DNA of 64,000 bases from an uncultured Verrucomicrobiota bacterium (GCA_903842505.1 CAIMMI010000304.1:6916-70915); one strand, 5' to 3'; shown: positions 36,953 to 47,485, numbered from the stretch's first letter. Numbers and translations: made by a program. The notes: generated by a model from the letters alone, not told the origin.

Positions 36953-38539
36953 ATGAACATTAGGACCCACTCCGGCCTGTCGCTGGGGCTTGCGGCGGTC
37001 ATCACTGCCTTCGCCCTTCCTGCGATCCATGCTCAAGAGAGCGACCGCGAGATGCGGACGCGCGACCGCCAGAACTATGAAGTCCTGGTGGGTGATTACT
37101 ACACCGGTCGCTCGCCCTACTTCCGCGGCGGCGTGAAGCCCGAGGCTCCGGCCCCCATCGTGGTCGCCCAGGCCAAGCCTGCTCCGGCCGCGAAGCCGTC
37201 TGGCCCCTGCAGCACCACCACCACCGGTCTGGTCAACCTGACCAAGACCATGCCCTCCGAGGCGATCCTCGGTGAGCCTTTCACCTACGAGCTCAAGCCC
37301 CTCGCCACCGGTTGCGCCGGCAACGTGGTCATCACCGACACGCTGCCCGAGGGCGTCTCCCTCGTCAGCACCTCCCCGCAGGCGACCGTCAACGGCAGCC
37401 AACTCGTCTGGAACCTGGGCAACCTCGACGCCGGCGAGTCCAAGACCCTCAAGGTCACGGTCAAGCCCGAGAAGGAAGGCGCCCTGTTCTCCTGCGCGAC
37501 GATCAAGGCCGATCCCCGGGTTTGCGCCCAGACGATCGTCGGTCGTCCCCAGTTGGCCATCGACAAGACCGGGCCGGAAATCGCCCAGCTCGGTGCTGAC
37601 GTCGATTACAACGTGACGGTCAAGAACACCGGAACGTCCGTCGCCAAGAACGTTGTCGTGACCGACAAGTACCCGGCGGGTCTGGGTGGCGTTGCCGAGA
37701 AGACCTTCAATATCGGCGACCTGGCCCCCGGCCAGTCCCGCACGATCCCGGTCAAGCTCAAGGCCGCCGAACGCGGTCGTCATTGCAACGTGGCGGTCGC
37801 CACGTCCAGCAATGCCGGCACCGTCCAGGACGATGCCTGCACGACGATCGTCAAGCCCGGCCTGAAGCTGGTGAAGACGGGCGACGACAAGCGCTTCATC
37901 AACAAGCAGGCGTCCTACAAGCTCGTGGCCTCGAACACGGGTGACACCGAGTTGACCGGCGTGGTCGTGACCGACACTGCTCCGGCGCAGACCAAGATCG
38001 TCAGCGCCCCCGGCGCCTCGATCGCTGGCAACACGGCGACCTGGAACGTGGGGTCCCTCAAGCCGGGCGAGAAGAAGGAGTTCGCGGTTGTCCTGACCTC
38101 CACCCAGGCTGGCAAGTGGTGCAACGTTGCCAGCGTCAACACTTCCCAGGGCCTGCGTGAGAACGCCGAAGCCTGCACGACCTGGGTTGGCATCTCGGCC
38201 ATCCTCGTTGAGGTCGTCGACGATCCCGATCCGATCCAGGTGGGCGAGTCCACCGTCTACACCATCCGCATCACCAACCAGGGCAATGCGGACCTGACGA
38301 ACATCAACACCGTCGCTCAGTACGCCAAGGAGGTCACCCCGGTGTCCTCGCAGGGCGGCACGGTCGATGGCAAGACGGTCAAGTTCCCGACGGTGCCTCG
38401 CCTCGGTGCGAAGCAGTCGGTGACCTACACCGTCACGGGCAAGGGCGCTGCTGAGGGTGACCACCGCCTCAAGGTGGTTGTGACCGAAGACCAGCTGCTC
38501 TCGCCGGTCGTCGAGGAAGAGTCCACCCGCGTCTACTAA
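36953..38539 (+). CDS. secreted DUF11 (conserved repeat domain) protein
   Basis: Signal peptide MNIRTHSGLSLGLAAVITAFALPAIHA. There are about five to six tandem repeats of the pattern Y.L.v.N.G...a.nVvvtD.lP.G...vs......W.iG.L.pGes..i.V. Confidence 0.8.
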   Translation: MNIRTHSGLSLGLAAVITAFALPAIHAQESDREMRTRDRQNYEVLVGDYYTGRSPYFRGGVKPEAPAPIVVAQAKPAPAAKPSGPCSTTTTGLVNLTKTMPSEAILGEPFTYELKPLATGCAGNVVITDTLPEGVSLVSTSPQATVNGSQLVWNLGNLDAGESKTLKVTVKPEKEGALFSCATIKADPRVCAQTIVGRPQLAIDKTGPEIAQLGADVDYNVTVKNTGTSVAKNVVVTDKYPAGLGGVAEKTFNIGDLAPGQSRTIPVKLKAAERGRHCNVAVATSSNAGTVQDDACTTIVKPGLKLVKTGDDKRFINKQASYKLVASNTGDTELTGVVVTDTAPAQTKIVSAPGASIAGNTATWNVGSLKPGEKKEFAVVLTSTQAGKWCNVASVNTSQGLRENAEACTTWVGISAILVEVVDDPDPIQVGESTVYTIRITNQGNADLTNINTVAQYAKEVTPVSSQGGTVDGKTVKFPTVPRLGAKQSVTYTVTGKGAAEGDHRLKVVVTEDQLLSPVVEEESTRVY

Positions 38540-38562
38540 GACCCGGTTGACCCACGAATTCG

Positions 38563-38598
38563 AAGAGCCGCTCCTCACGGGGCGGCTCTTTTTTTGTT
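38563..38598 (+). terminator. rho-independent terminator
   Basis: AAGAGCCGC (38563-38571), a 10-nt loop, GCGGCTCTT (38582-38590), running into TTTTTTTGTTT. Confidence 0.75.
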
Positions 38599-38634
38599 TC
38601 GACCCGGCCGGCCGGATCGCGGGATCGTCGACCC

Positions 38635-39960
38635 ATGATCCCGCGTCTGAGCCGCCTTTGGGTGTGTGTCTTGTGTTTGGCGCGTCCCTTTCTGGTCGAA
38701 GCCTCCCCGCTGGAGTCGCTCCCTCCCCCAATCATCCGGAACGACGACCAGTTGCTCGATGCGATCGAGCGGACCGCCTTTGAGTATTTTCGATCCGAAG
38801 CGGATCCCGTCACCGGACTGATCAAGGATCGGTCCACGCCCGACTCCAAATGCAGCATCGCTGCCGTTGGGTTTGGCCTCAGCGCCTGGTGCATTGGTGT
38901 GGATCGGGGGTACGTCCCCCGCGAAGAGGCCGCCACCCGCGTTCGGGCGACCCTCGCGACGTTTCTCAACGGTCCGCAGGGCGACTCGCCCACCGGCGTC
39001 ATCGGGCACCGGGGTTGGTTCTATCATTTCCTCGAGATGGGGTCGGCAACCCGGGCCTGGAAATGCGAACTGTCCTCCATCGACACCGCCCTGTTCCTTG
39101 CTGGCGCCCTGGATGCCTCGAGGTTCTTCACCGGTTCGGCGCCGGTTGAACGCGAAATCCGGCGGATGTCGAACGCACTCGTCGACCGGGTGGATTGGCG
39201 TTGGATGTGTGACGGGGCAGACGTGCTGTCGATGGGGTGGCATCCGGAACGCGGGTTCATTCCCCGCTGCTGGGTCGGGTACAACGAGGCCATGCTGCTC
39301 TACGTCCTGGCACTCGGGGCTTCCCGCGATCCGCTTCCTCCAACGGCGTGGGGTGCCTGGACACGCGGCTACGTCTGGAGCACCCAGCATGGGCAATCCT
39401 ACCTCGATTTCCCGCCCTTGTTCGGACACCAGTACTCCCATTGCTGGATCGATTTCCGTGGGCGGGCGGACTCGTGGATGCGGTCACGAGGGATCGACTA
39501 CTTCGAGAATTCCCGCCGCGCCGTCCTGGCCCAGCAGGCGTACTGCATGGCCAACCCGGGCGGCTTCGCGGGGTATGGCCCTCTCCTCTGGGGGATCACC
39601 GCCTGTGATGGACCCCAAGGCTATGGCGCGCGCGGCGCTCCTCCGGCTGAAAATGATGATGGAACCCTGGCGCCGACGGCGGTGGGTGCCTCGCTCCCGT
39701 TCGCACCCGAGATCTGTCTGCCGACACTCCGGAACCTCCATCAAACGTGGGGAACGCGGCTCTGGACAAAGTACGGCTATCGGGACGCGTTCAATCCCTC
39801 GCGGGACTGGGTGGCAACCGACGTCCTCGGCATCGATCAGGGAGCCATGATCCTGATGGTGGAGAACTACCGCAGCGGTGCGGTCTGGAAGCGGATGGAA
39901 GGGCATCCCGTGATCCGTCGAGGCTTGCGGCGTGCGGGGTTCAAGCGGTTGGAGCGGTGA
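38635..39960 (+). CDS. glucoamylase-family protein (PF10091-like, GH144 endo-beta-1,2-glucanase-like)
   Basis: Signal peptide. Segments CSIAAVGFGLSAWCIG and GWHPERGFIPRCWVGYNEAMLLYVLALGS resemble the bacterial glucoamylase/DUF3131 family. The identification is from memory only. Confidence 0.55.
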   Translation: MIPRLSRLWVCVLCLARPFLVEASPLESLPPPIIRNDDQLLDAIERTAFEYFRSEADPVTGLIKDRSTPDSKCSIAAVGFGLSAWCIGVDRGYVPREEAATRVRATLATFLNGPQGDSPTGVIGHRGWFYHFLEMGSATRAWKCELSSIDTALFLAGALDASRFFTGSAPVEREIRRMSNALVDRVDWRWMCDGADVLSMGWHPERGFIPRCWVGYNEAMLLYVLALGASRDPLPPTAWGAWTRGYVWSTQHGQSYLDFPPLFGHQYSHCWIDFRGRADSWMRSRGIDYFENSRRAVLAQQAYCMANPGGFAGYGPLLWGITACDGPQGYGARGAPPAENDDGTLAPTAVGASLPFAPEICLPTLRNLHQTWGTRLWTKYGYRDAFNPSRDWVATDVLGIDQGAMILMVENYRSGAVWKRMEGHPVIRRGLRRAGFKRLER

Positions 39961-40026
39961 TTTTGGGAGTTGAATGGAGTGGCGTTTGATCGGTCGAACG
40001 GGCACTCATTTGTCGCATTGTTCTCC

Positions 40027-41331
40027 ATGAAGACGACCTACGGGATCGGAATAGCATTGGGCCTGGCCTTCGCTTGCGTGGCGACGGCAGGAGAAAACTG
40101 GGCGCAGTGGCGTGGACCCGCCTTCAACGGTTCCACCGTGGCCCGGGGACTGCCGGGCGAGTTGAGCCGCGAGAACGTCCTGTGGTCCGCGCCTGTTCCG
40201 GGTCCGTCGGGTGCCACACCGATCATCTGGAACGACCACGTCTTCACCCATTCCCCGGATGAGTCCGGCAACCTCGCGCTGATCGCGATGGATCGTCGGT
40301 CCGGCAAGGAGCTTTGGCGCCAGGAGGTAGGGATCGGAAACAAGGAGAAGGGCCGGAACAACATGGCGGCGCCGTCCCCTGTGACGGACGGCGAGCGGGT
40401 GATCTCCCTGTTCGGGACCGGGGATCTGGCGGCGTTCGGAATGGATGGAAAGCCGCTCTGGAAGCGGAGCCTTGGAAAGGATTTCGGCCGTTTCTCGGTC
40501 ATGTGGATCTACGGGAGTTCGCCCCTGCTTTATCAGGGACGGCTGTACATCCAGGTGCTCCAGCGCAGCCCGATGCCCGCCGACTACCCGTTGTACGACG
40601 GCAAGCCGGAGCGGGAGTCCTTTCTGCTGTGCGTCGATCCTTCCAATGGCAAAGACCTCTGGCGCGAGGTCCGCAAGACCGACTCCACGCTGGAGAGTCA
40701 GGAGTCGTATGCGACCCCCATTCCGTTTCAAGGAAAGGACGGAACCCAACTCCTGATCGTGGGCGGTGATCATGTCAGCGGCCATGCCTTGGCAGACGGG
40801 AAGGAGATCTGGAGGGCGCGGCTCTATGAGAAGCGCGACGACTGGTACCGCATCGTGACCTCTGCCGTGACGCACCAGGGCTTGATTTACGCCTCTGGAC
40901 CCAAGGGACAGCCGGTGGTCGCGTTCCGCGAGGGCGGCAAGGGAAACGTGACCGACACGGCGGTCGCCTGGCGGTTTACCGAGAGCCCGACGGACTGGAG
41001 CACGCCCCTGGTCCTGGACGGAAAGCTGTTCGTGCTGGATGGCGGCAAGAAGGTCCTCAGCCGCCTGGATCCGGCAACGGGCGAGAAGAAGTGGAGCGGC
41101 AAGCTGCCCGTGCGGGAAGTGATCTGGGGTTCGCCGACCGGCGCCGACGGAAAGATCTATCTCCACAGCGAGGAGGGAACGGTGGTGGTCTGCGACGCCG
41201 GGGACTCCTTCAAGGTACTCGGAACCTTGACCTTTGAGGGGGAGGGGCCCTGCAGGGGGAGCATCGCGGTCGCCCAGGATCAGGTCTTCGTGCGCACGGC
41301 GAAGAAGCTGCATTGCTTCGGACGAAAGTAA
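40027..41331 (+). CDS. PQQ-like beta-propeller repeat protein (BamB-like fold), secreted
   Basis: Signal peptide followed by ENWAQWRGPAFNGS, a characteristic opening of this family. Repeated W/G-rich blade motifs follow. Confidence 0.7.
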   Translation: MKTTYGIGIALGLAFACVATAGENWAQWRGPAFNGSTVARGLPGELSRENVLWSAPVPGPSGATPIIWNDHVFTHSPDESGNLALIAMDRRSGKELWRQEVGIGNKEKGRNNMAAPSPVTDGERVISLFGTGDLAAFGMDGKPLWKRSLGKDFGRFSVMWIYGSSPLLYQGRLYIQVLQRSPMPADYPLYDGKPERESFLLCVDPSNGKDLWREVRKTDSTLESQESYATPIPFQGKDGTQLLIVGGDHVSGHALADGKEIWRARLYEKRDDWYRIVTSAVTHQGLIYASGPKGQPVVAFREGGKGNVTDTAVAWRFTESPTDWSTPLVLDGKLFVLDGGKKVLSRLDPATGEKKWSGKLPVREVIWGSPTGADGKIYLHSEEGTVVVCDAGDSFKVLGTLTFEGEGPCRGSIAVAQDQVFVRTAKKLHCFGRK

Positions 41332-41395
41332 CTTTCTGCGGAACCGAGGCGCCCTCTTGCGTGTCACAGAGGGCAACATCCCAGAATGACGCCCA

Positions 41396-42649
41396 TTGAT
41401 TCGCATGAAGCGTGTGGTTGATCCGTTGATTCATCGGTCCGGTGCGCTGAGGCGGGGTTTGCTCGACCCGTCGAGCCTCTTCTCCGTCGTCGCGACCGCC
41501 AGCGTCCTGCTGCTGGCCGGCTGCGGAGAGTCTTCCCAAGCCGGGCCTGGCCCCGCCCTGGTCGCCGAGTTTGCACCCGGCGTTACCTACACCAACGAAC
41601 ACATCGCGACCGGCCCTTGGTCGATCCATGTGGTCCGCGCCCGCAGGGATTCCGGTGAGTTCGGCTTGGTGTCGGTCCATGCGAAGCGCAGCGCCCTTGG
41701 GCTCTCGACCCTCAGCCAGCAGGTCCGCTCCGTGCCAGCCGCCCTCGGGATCCCGGTGGCTGCGGTGAATGGGGATTTCTACCAGCGCGACCGGGCCTAC
41801 GCCGGTGATCCCCGAGGCCTTCAGATCGTCGAAGGAGAGTTGATCAGCGCGCCCATCGGAGGCGTCGCGTTCTGGATCGATGTCGCCGGGCAACCGCATG
41901 CCACCAATATCCAACCCCAGTTGGAGGTGTCCTGGGCTCCCGGGGCTTCCCAGGCCATCGGGTTGAACGAAGACCGGCAACCCAACGAAGTCGTTCTCTA
42001 CACGCCGTCGATCGGTTCGAGTACGCGAACTTCCGGCGGGCGCGAGTGGGTGCTGAAACCCGCCGATACCAACTCGCCGATGGCCCGGATCGGGTTCTCC
42101 GGGCCGATGACCGTGGCGGAGGTGAAGGATGGGGGGAGTTCGCCAGTGCTTCCCGGTGCCTGGGTGCTCAGCGCCGGGCAAAGTGTCCTGCGCAAGAATC
42201 CGGGCCTGGCCGCTCTGGGAGTGGGTGCCCGACTGGATATCCGTTTGGGGAGTGTTCCGGACCTTTCCGGTGCCACCCAGGCCATCAGCGGTGGGCCGGT
42301 GCTGGTCCGGGGCGGCAAGGCCCTGAAGATCGTGCCCCCGCGCTCGGACTCCTACGAGTTCAGTTCGATGGTTGAACGCCATCCGAGGTCGGCTGTCGGA
42401 TGGAGTCGGACGCACTTCATTCTCGTGGAAGTGGACGGGCGGCAGAATGGGTTGTCCGTGGGCATGACTCTCGAAGAACTGGGTGCGACACTGCTGCGAT
42501 GGGGCGCCGAGGAAGGCATCAATCTGGATGGTGGGGGATCCGCCACCTTCTGGTGCAACGGGCAGATCCAGAACAGCCCCTGCGATGGGGGCGAACGGGC
42601 CATCGCGAATTCCCTCGTCCTGGTCCGCAAGACGGCCGCTCGTCCGTGA
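41396..42649 (+). CDS. phosphodiester glycosidase family protein (NAGPA / uncovering-enzyme-like), lipoprotein
   Basis: Lipobox LLLAGC. AAVNGDFY...AGDPRGLQIVEGELIS, then HPRSAVGWS..HFILVEVDGRQ..SVGMTLEELGATLLRWGAEEGINLDGGGSATFW. Confidence 0.8.
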   Translation: MIRMKRVVDPLIHRSGALRRGLLDPSSLFSVVATASVLLLAGCGESSQAGPGPALVAEFAPGVTYTNEHIATGPWSIHVVRARRDSGEFGLVSVHAKRSALGLSTLSQQVRSVPAALGIPVAAVNGDFYQRDRAYAGDPRGLQIVEGELISAPIGGVAFWIDVAGQPHATNIQPQLEVSWAPGASQAIGLNEDRQPNEVVLYTPSIGSSTRTSGGREWVLKPADTNSPMARIGFSGPMTVAEVKDGGSSPVLPGAWVLSAGQSVLRKNPGLAALGVGARLDIRLGSVPDLSGATQAISGGPVLVRGGKALKIVPPRSDSYEFSSMVERHPRSAVGWSRTHFILVEVDGRQNGLSVGMTLEELGATLLRWGAEEGINLDGGGSATFWCNGQIQNSPCDGGERAIANSLVLVRKTAARP

Positions 42650-42663
42650 AACTTCTCCAACGC

Positions 42664-43857
42664 ATGAACCGCGCATGCCTCATGCGATGGAGATGGGTCA
42701 GGGAATGGGCGTTGGTCCTCGTCCTGGGGTTCGGCTTGCCTGCCTCTGCCGGACCCGGTGCCGTCGCCGTTTCCCCGACCAATCCTCCGCCACGGGTGGC
42801 GGGGACCGACCGGGGTTTCTCGTACCGGAATGACCTGCGGACCGACCCGACGTGGTCCATCCACGTGTTCAAGGTCGACCGGAGTCGGCGGGATCTCCTG
42901 CTGACCAGCACGACCGGTGCGCACGGGGCGATCGGGATGAGCCGGTTATCGGATCAATTGCAGGACTTGCCCGGCTCGTGGGGGACGCCGATCGCTGCCG
43001 TCAATGGCGACTTCTACACCACGGAGGACGCCTACCAGGGGGATCCCCGGGATGTTCAGATCCGGAACGGGGAACTGATCAGCGCCCCCTCAGGGCATGC
43101 TTCGTTCTGGGTGGATCGGACGGGCGAGTTCCGCACCACCAACGTCACCTCCAATCTCCGTGTCCGATTGCCCGATGGTTCGGTGCATCCGATGGGGCTG
43201 AACGAACGGAGGGAGAGCGAGTCGATCGTCCTCTACAGCGCTGCGATCGGATCTTCGACGCGGACCTCCGGGGGGGTGGATCTGGTCCTGACCAACGCGC
43301 CCGGCGAGTCCTGGGTTCCGCTTCAGGTCGGCAAGCAACTCCGAGCGAAGGTGAGTGAGGTGCGCAACGGGGGAGATGCTCCGGTGCCCCTGGACGGACT
43401 CGTGCTGTCGGTAGGATCCCGCATGCCCGAGGCCGTCCGCAGGCTGCCGGTCGGTTCGGAAGTCCGCCTGGACTTCGAGACCACGCCGGATCTTTCCGGG
43501 GTGGATACGGCGCTGGGGGGTGGCCCCACCTTGGTGAGGGCAGGGAAGGCGATGACCTGGTCCAACATTCAGGTCCGCCATCCGCGGTCCGCCATCGGCT
43601 GGAACAAGACCCACTACTTCCTGGTCGAGGTGGACGGTCGGCAGCCGGATCTTTCGGTGGGAATGACGTTCCCGGAGTTGGCGGATTACATGGCGCAGTT
43701 GGGATGCGAGGAAGCCATCAACCTGGACGGCGGCGGCTCAGCGACGATGTGGGTGCTCGGTCAGGTCGTGAACAGTCCCTCCGAAGGCCGCGAACGTCCG
43801 GGTGCGAATTCCCTCGTTGTCCTCAAGCGCCCGAATCCGGAGCCGGTCCGGCCGTGA
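42664..43857 (+). CDS. phosphodiester glycosidase family protein, paralog 2
   Basis: Signal peptide at ATG 42664. AAVNGDFYTTEDAYQGDPRDVQIRNGELIS and HPRSAIGWNKTHYFLVEVDGRQPDLSVGMTFPELADYMAQLGCEEAINLDGGGSATMW. Confidence 0.8.
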   Translation: MNRACLMRWRWVREWALVLVLGFGLPASAGPGAVAVSPTNPPPRVAGTDRGFSYRNDLRTDPTWSIHVFKVDRSRRDLLLTSTTGAHGAIGMSRLSDQLQDLPGSWGTPIAAVNGDFYTTEDAYQGDPRDVQIRNGELISAPSGHASFWVDRTGEFRTTNVTSNLRVRLPDGSVHPMGLNERRESESIVLYSAAIGSSTRTSGGVDLVLTNAPGESWVPLQVGKQLRAKVSEVRNGGDAPVPLDGLVLSVGSRMPEAVRRLPVGSEVRLDFETTPDLSGVDTALGGGPTLVRAGKAMTWSNIQVRHPRSAIGWNKTHYFLVEVDGRQPDLSVGMTFPELADYMAQLGCEEAINLDGGGSATMWVLGQVVNSPSEGRERPGANSLVVLKRPNPEPVRP

Positions 43858-45413
43858 CTTGGCGTGGGTTCGTATTCGCTCTGTTGGTGGGACTCCTGGC
43901 TTCGCCCCAGGCTTCCGCAGCGGACACATGGGCGGTGGGGGCAGCCGTGGCCAAGGTCCGGATCGAGTGTCCCCCCGCAGCGATCGTTGAACTTCGGGGC
44001 AAGCCCCGCGACTGGGTGACCTGCTCGATTGCAACCGATGGCCGGCCACCCGTGATGGGCCGGATGAGGGTCAAGGGCTCGGTCGGCAGCTTCCGTCCCA
44101 TCGATGAGTCTCCAAGCCTGACCTTGGAGGGGCAGGGCGGCGCCGAGGTCTTCCGAGGTGTTCGGCGCTTCCATCTCGACAACGCCGTTCAGGATCCCGG
44201 CCATCTGGATGCCGCCTTGGGTGCCGCCGCGTTTCGCCGGATGGGAATCGAGTCCCCGCGGGTCCAGTGGGCGACTGTGGAACTGAACGGTCGGGACCTC
44301 GGCTGGTACGTCCTCAAGGAAGGATTCACGGCGCAGTTCGCGGTGCGCGCCGGTGACATGGCGGGCGCGGTGCTCGCAGAACCTTTGGCGGGTAGCGATC
44401 TCGGTGGCTCGTTCGATCTCAAGTCGGGAAGCGGTGAAGGGGAACGCCAGCAGGCCCGGGATCTCTGGGCGCGTCTTGGCGACCTCAGCCGGTGGGAGGA
44501 TCCGGAAGCCCGATGGCAGGGGATCGAACGAATGCTGGGGATCCGCGAACTGCTCGACTTCGCCGCGACGGAGGTGGTGTTGGCGCACCGCGATGGCTAC
44601 GCCCTGGCCCGGAACAACTATCGGCTGATCTTCTCGGGGGATCGTGTTCGGTGGGTGCCTTGGGGCATGGATCAGTTGCTGGTTTCGGACACTTTCACGG
44701 TTCAGCCTGAGTTTTCAGGGGAGGCTCTTCGGGCACTTCGGGGTACGAAGGGACTTGAGCCGGCCTGGCGGGAAGCGGTCGCGCGGGCTGCTTCCGTGGT
44801 TTTGGACGCGGACTGGTCCGAGACCTGGCTGCGGGAGACCCGGGATCGGGTTGCGCCGGAACTCCGAAGCCGCGAGCGGTCCCAGTTGGAGGAAGGCATT
44901 GTGGACCTCCGACGCCGTTTGGCGGGGCGGCGCCAATTTCTGAACCAGGTCCTTTCTCAGTGGGGCGACCCTTCACCCGCGTGGACCCAGGGCGTCCTGA
45001 AGCTCTCCGGTTGGAAGGTCGTGGACGTTCCACCGGACGGACGGGCGGAGAGCGTGACCCATCTCGCCGGTCTGGGCGGACCCGCCCTCGGTCTGGTGGC
45101 GGGTCCGGTGACGTCGTCGTCGTGGCGTTCCTCGGTGCGGTTGGATCCGGGGGAGTACCGCTTCAGCGGTCGAGTTCGGACCTCCGGGGTGCTGCCGCTC
45201 CCCTTCGGAACCCGTCAGGGAGTGGCACTGCGGTTGCTTGGAGAAGGGGTGCAGTCCCAGGAATTGGTCGGAGACAACAATTGGCGGGAGCTATCCGTTG
45301 ATTTCCGCGTCGCCGACCAAGGCCGGATTCTGTCATTTGTCTGTGAACTTCGCGGGCGCGCGGGCCAGGTCTGGTTCGATCGCGAGTCGCTCCAACTGTT
45401 GAGATTGAAATGA
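43854..45413 (+). CDS. CotH-like kinase family protein with C-terminal CBM-like beta-sandwich
   Basis: The GTG start at 43854 overlaps the upstream stop (GTGA). Signal peptide present. [53 protein letters not shown] and NNYRLIF...[12 protein letters not shown] match CotH motifs. Confidence 0.7.
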   Translation: MTWRGFVFALLVGLLASPQASAADTWAVGAAVAKVRIECPPAAIVELRGKPRDWVTCSIATDGRPPVMGRMRVKGSVGSFRPIDESPSLTLEGQGGAEVFRGVRRFHLDNAVQDPGHLDAALGAAAFRRMGIESPRVQWATVELNGRDLGWYVLKEGFTAQFAVRAGDMAGAVLAEPLAGSDLGGSFDLKSGSGEGERQQARDLWARLGDLSRWEDPEARWQGIERMLGIRELLDFAATEVVLAHRDGYALARNNYRLIFSGDRVRWVPWGMDQLLVSDTFTVQPEFSGEALRALRGTKGLEPAWREAVARAASVVLDADWSETWLRETRDRVAPELRSRERSQLEEGIVDLRRRLAGRRQFLNQVLSQWGDPSPAWTQGVLKLSGWKVVDVPPDGRAESVTHLAGLGGPALGLVAGPVTSSSWRSSVRLDPGEYRFSGRVRTSGVLPLPFGTRQGVALRLLGEGVQSQELVGDNNWRELSVDFRVADQGRILSFVCELRGRAGQVWFDRESLQLLRLK

Positions 45414-46123
45414 ACGCGGTATCGCAACCGAACCGGAAGTCCGGTGCTCCGGCAAATCCCGGAGCCGCTTGGCTGGGCGGCAGGGCCTTCACCCTGATCG
45501 AATTGCTCGTGGTGATCGCGATCATCGCGATCCTCGCCGGGCTGCTTCTCCCGGCCCTCAGTTCGGCCAAGTCCAAGGCGAAGGTGACCGTCTGCATCAA
45601 CAACCAGCGTCAGGTTTCCCTCGGGTTCCGGGTCTGGGCCAACGACAAGAACGACAAGTTCCCCTGGAACCTGTCGCCCACCAACGGCGGTTCCCTCGAT
45701 TCGCCCGACTGGACCGATCACTTCCGCCTCGCCTCCAACGAACTCGCCTCGCCGAGGATCCTGATCTGCGCCGCCGACAAGGAACGCAAACCCGGCACCA
45801 ACTGGGTCGACCTCGATGGACTCATGAATGTCAGTTACTTCATCGGGACCCTCGTCGATCCGCAGAAGCCCATGACGATCTTCTCGGGTGACTTCAACGT
45901 GAATGGCGGCGGCGGTGGTTTTGACCCGTCCTGGAGCCAGTTCCTCGGCAACTCGATCGACGCCTCGTGGGACCAGCAGGTCCATCAGAAGAGCGGATGC
46001 CTCGCCCTCGCGGATGGCAGCGTCAAGCACACCAAGACGCCCGCCCTCCGGGCCCAGATCAGCGAGTCGATCGCCAACGGCATGAGCAACGTCGTGTTCT
46101 CCAAACCGCGCGGGGTCTTCTAG
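45410..46123 (+). CDS. prepilin-type N-terminal cleavage/methylation protein with H-X9-DG motif (DUF1559-like)
   Basis: [35 protein letters not shown], and a C-terminal [12 protein letters not shown] (H-X9-DG). The ATG overlaps the CotH-like stop (ATGA at 45410-45413). Confidence 0.8.
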   Translation: MNAVSQPNRKSGAPANPGAAWLGGRAFTLIELLVVIAIIAILAGLLLPALSSAKSKAKVTVCINNQRQVSLGFRVWANDKNDKFPWNLSPTNGGSLDSPDWTDHFRLASNELASPRILICAADKERKPGTNWVDLDGLMNVSYFIGTLVDPQKPMTIFSGDFNVNGGGGGFDPSWSQFLGNSIDASWDQQVHQKSGCLALADGSVKHTKTPALRAQISESIANGMSNVVFSKPRGVF

Positions 46124-46158
46124 GTCGAGGTACCGATCCTGTCCCGCCCTTCCTGTCC

Positions 46159-46770
46159 ATGGTATCCCGAAGGTCACTCCCGGTTTCCGCACTCCTCGCC
46201 GGATTGCTCGGTGCGGCGGCGTTGGTGGGAACGTTTGTTCAATGGCCACCGCGCGAAGACGCGGTGATCCCGGAACGGATCGGCCGGGAGATGGCGTCCG
46301 AAGCCCTGAGACTCCGTAGTCCCGGCGGACGGATCGTGGTGCTGGCGCGGGATACCGATGAATTTCCCCAAAAGTCCGTGGACGCAGCTCTGGCCTCGTT
46401 CCAGACGGAGTTGGATCGGGCGGGCGCCAAGGCGGATTCGGTGCGCCGCTTCCAGGTGGATCCCTTGCGGATGGTGCAGGTTCCGCCGGGGGACTTTTTT
46501 GAACTGATGCGGCGCTCGAAGGCGGGTGACGTGTTGGTCTCGTTCATGGGTCCGCCGCTGTTGAGCGAGGAACAGCGTGCGAAGCTGGGCGAGATTCAGC
46601 CCAAGGTCGTGGCCTTCTGCCCGGGTTACCTCCCTCGGTACATCAACCTGGCCCTGATGGGAGAGCGCGGGTTGCTTCATGGAGGAGTCGTGGCGCGGAC
46701 GGAGGCCTCGGGCGACCGATACGAGGCCCAGTACGAAAAGTTCGCCCTGGGTCCCAAGCCCCGTCCCTGA
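46159..46770 (+). CDS. membrane-anchored hypothetical protein
   Basis: N-terminal anchor MVSRRSLPVSALLAGLLGAAALVG. No recognisable family. It sits inside the tightly spaced operon. Confidence 0.45.
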   Translation: MVSRRSLPVSALLAGLLGAAALVGTFVQWPPREDAVIPERIGREMASEALRLRSPGGRIVVLARDTDEFPQKSVDAALASFQTELDRAGAKADSVRRFQVDPLRMVQVPPGDFFELMRRSKAGDVLVSFMGPPLLSEEQRAKLGEIQPKVVAFCPGYLPRYINLALMGERGLLHGGVVARTEASGDRYEAQYEKFALGPKPRP

Positions 46771-46773
46771 GCC

Positions 46774-47454
46774 ATGACCTTTCCCAACTCCAATCCGCGT
46801 TCCGCGTTTGCCCTCCCCGACCTGGTGGCGGTACTGGCGGCCGGGGTTTTCCTGGCAGCGCTCGTGCTGGTGCCGCTGGAACGGACCAAGCGGGCAACGC
46901 ACCTCAAGACCTGCGAGGGCAACCTGATGAAGGTGTCCCGGGCAGTGCTCGATTTTGCCAAGGATCACTCCGACACCTTGCCCGCCCCTCAGGAGGGTCC
47001 CGGCGAACTCCAGTGGTGGTATAAGGAACAGGTGAAGGGCTACGCCGGAATCAAGGGTCCTTCAACTTCCCAGGACGTCCTGTTCGCCTGTCCGGACGAC
47101 CGAGGCTATACCGATCCCAAGCCCTTCCATCAGACGGCGCGCTTCGACTATGGGAGCTACTGCTTCAATGGCGTGACGCTGCCCGGAGTTCCGACAGTCG
47201 CCGGGTGGCAGGTCGGTTCCATCGTCGATCCCAGAAAGACGCTGTTGATGATGGAATGGACCGCACACGGGCCCCTTTCCTGGCATCGAAGCCGCACGGG
47301 ACGTCGCAACGCCCCGTTCTACCGCGACGCCGAGAGCGTCGTGGGCTTTGTCGATGGCCGCGTTGCCTTGGTCCCGATCTACTATGATGGTTTCAACGCG
47401 GCTTATACCCGGGATCCCATCGCCGGATACTCCTACCGATACAGCGGCCGCTGA
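46774..47454 (+). CDS. divergent pseudopilin-like protein (degenerate prepilin leader)
   Basis: SAFALPDLVAVLAAGVFLAALVLVPL resembles G-F-T-L-x-E with Asp at the +5 position. The C-terminal VGFVDGRVALV resembles the DG end of DUF1559 proteins. Confidence 0.5.
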   Translation: MTFPNSNPRSAFALPDLVAVLAAGVFLAALVLVPLERTKRATHLKTCEGNLMKVSRAVLDFAKDHSDTLPAPQEGPGELQWWYKEQVKGYAGIKGPSTSQDVLFACPDDRGYTDPKPFHQTARFDYGSYCFNGVTLPGVPTVAGWQVGSIVDPRKTLLMMEWTAHGPLSWHRSRTGRRNAPFYRDAESVVGFVDGRVALVPIYYDGFNAAYTRDPIAGYSYRYSGR

Positions 47455-47485
47455 CGCCCCTTTTCCTGAAGCTGTTTGTTGATCC

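Noticed and set aside
36944-38731. 595-aa minus-strand ORF
   Set aside because: It is antisense to the DUF11 repeat gene and runs through its terminator. The translation is Gly/Arg/Asp/Leu-rich.
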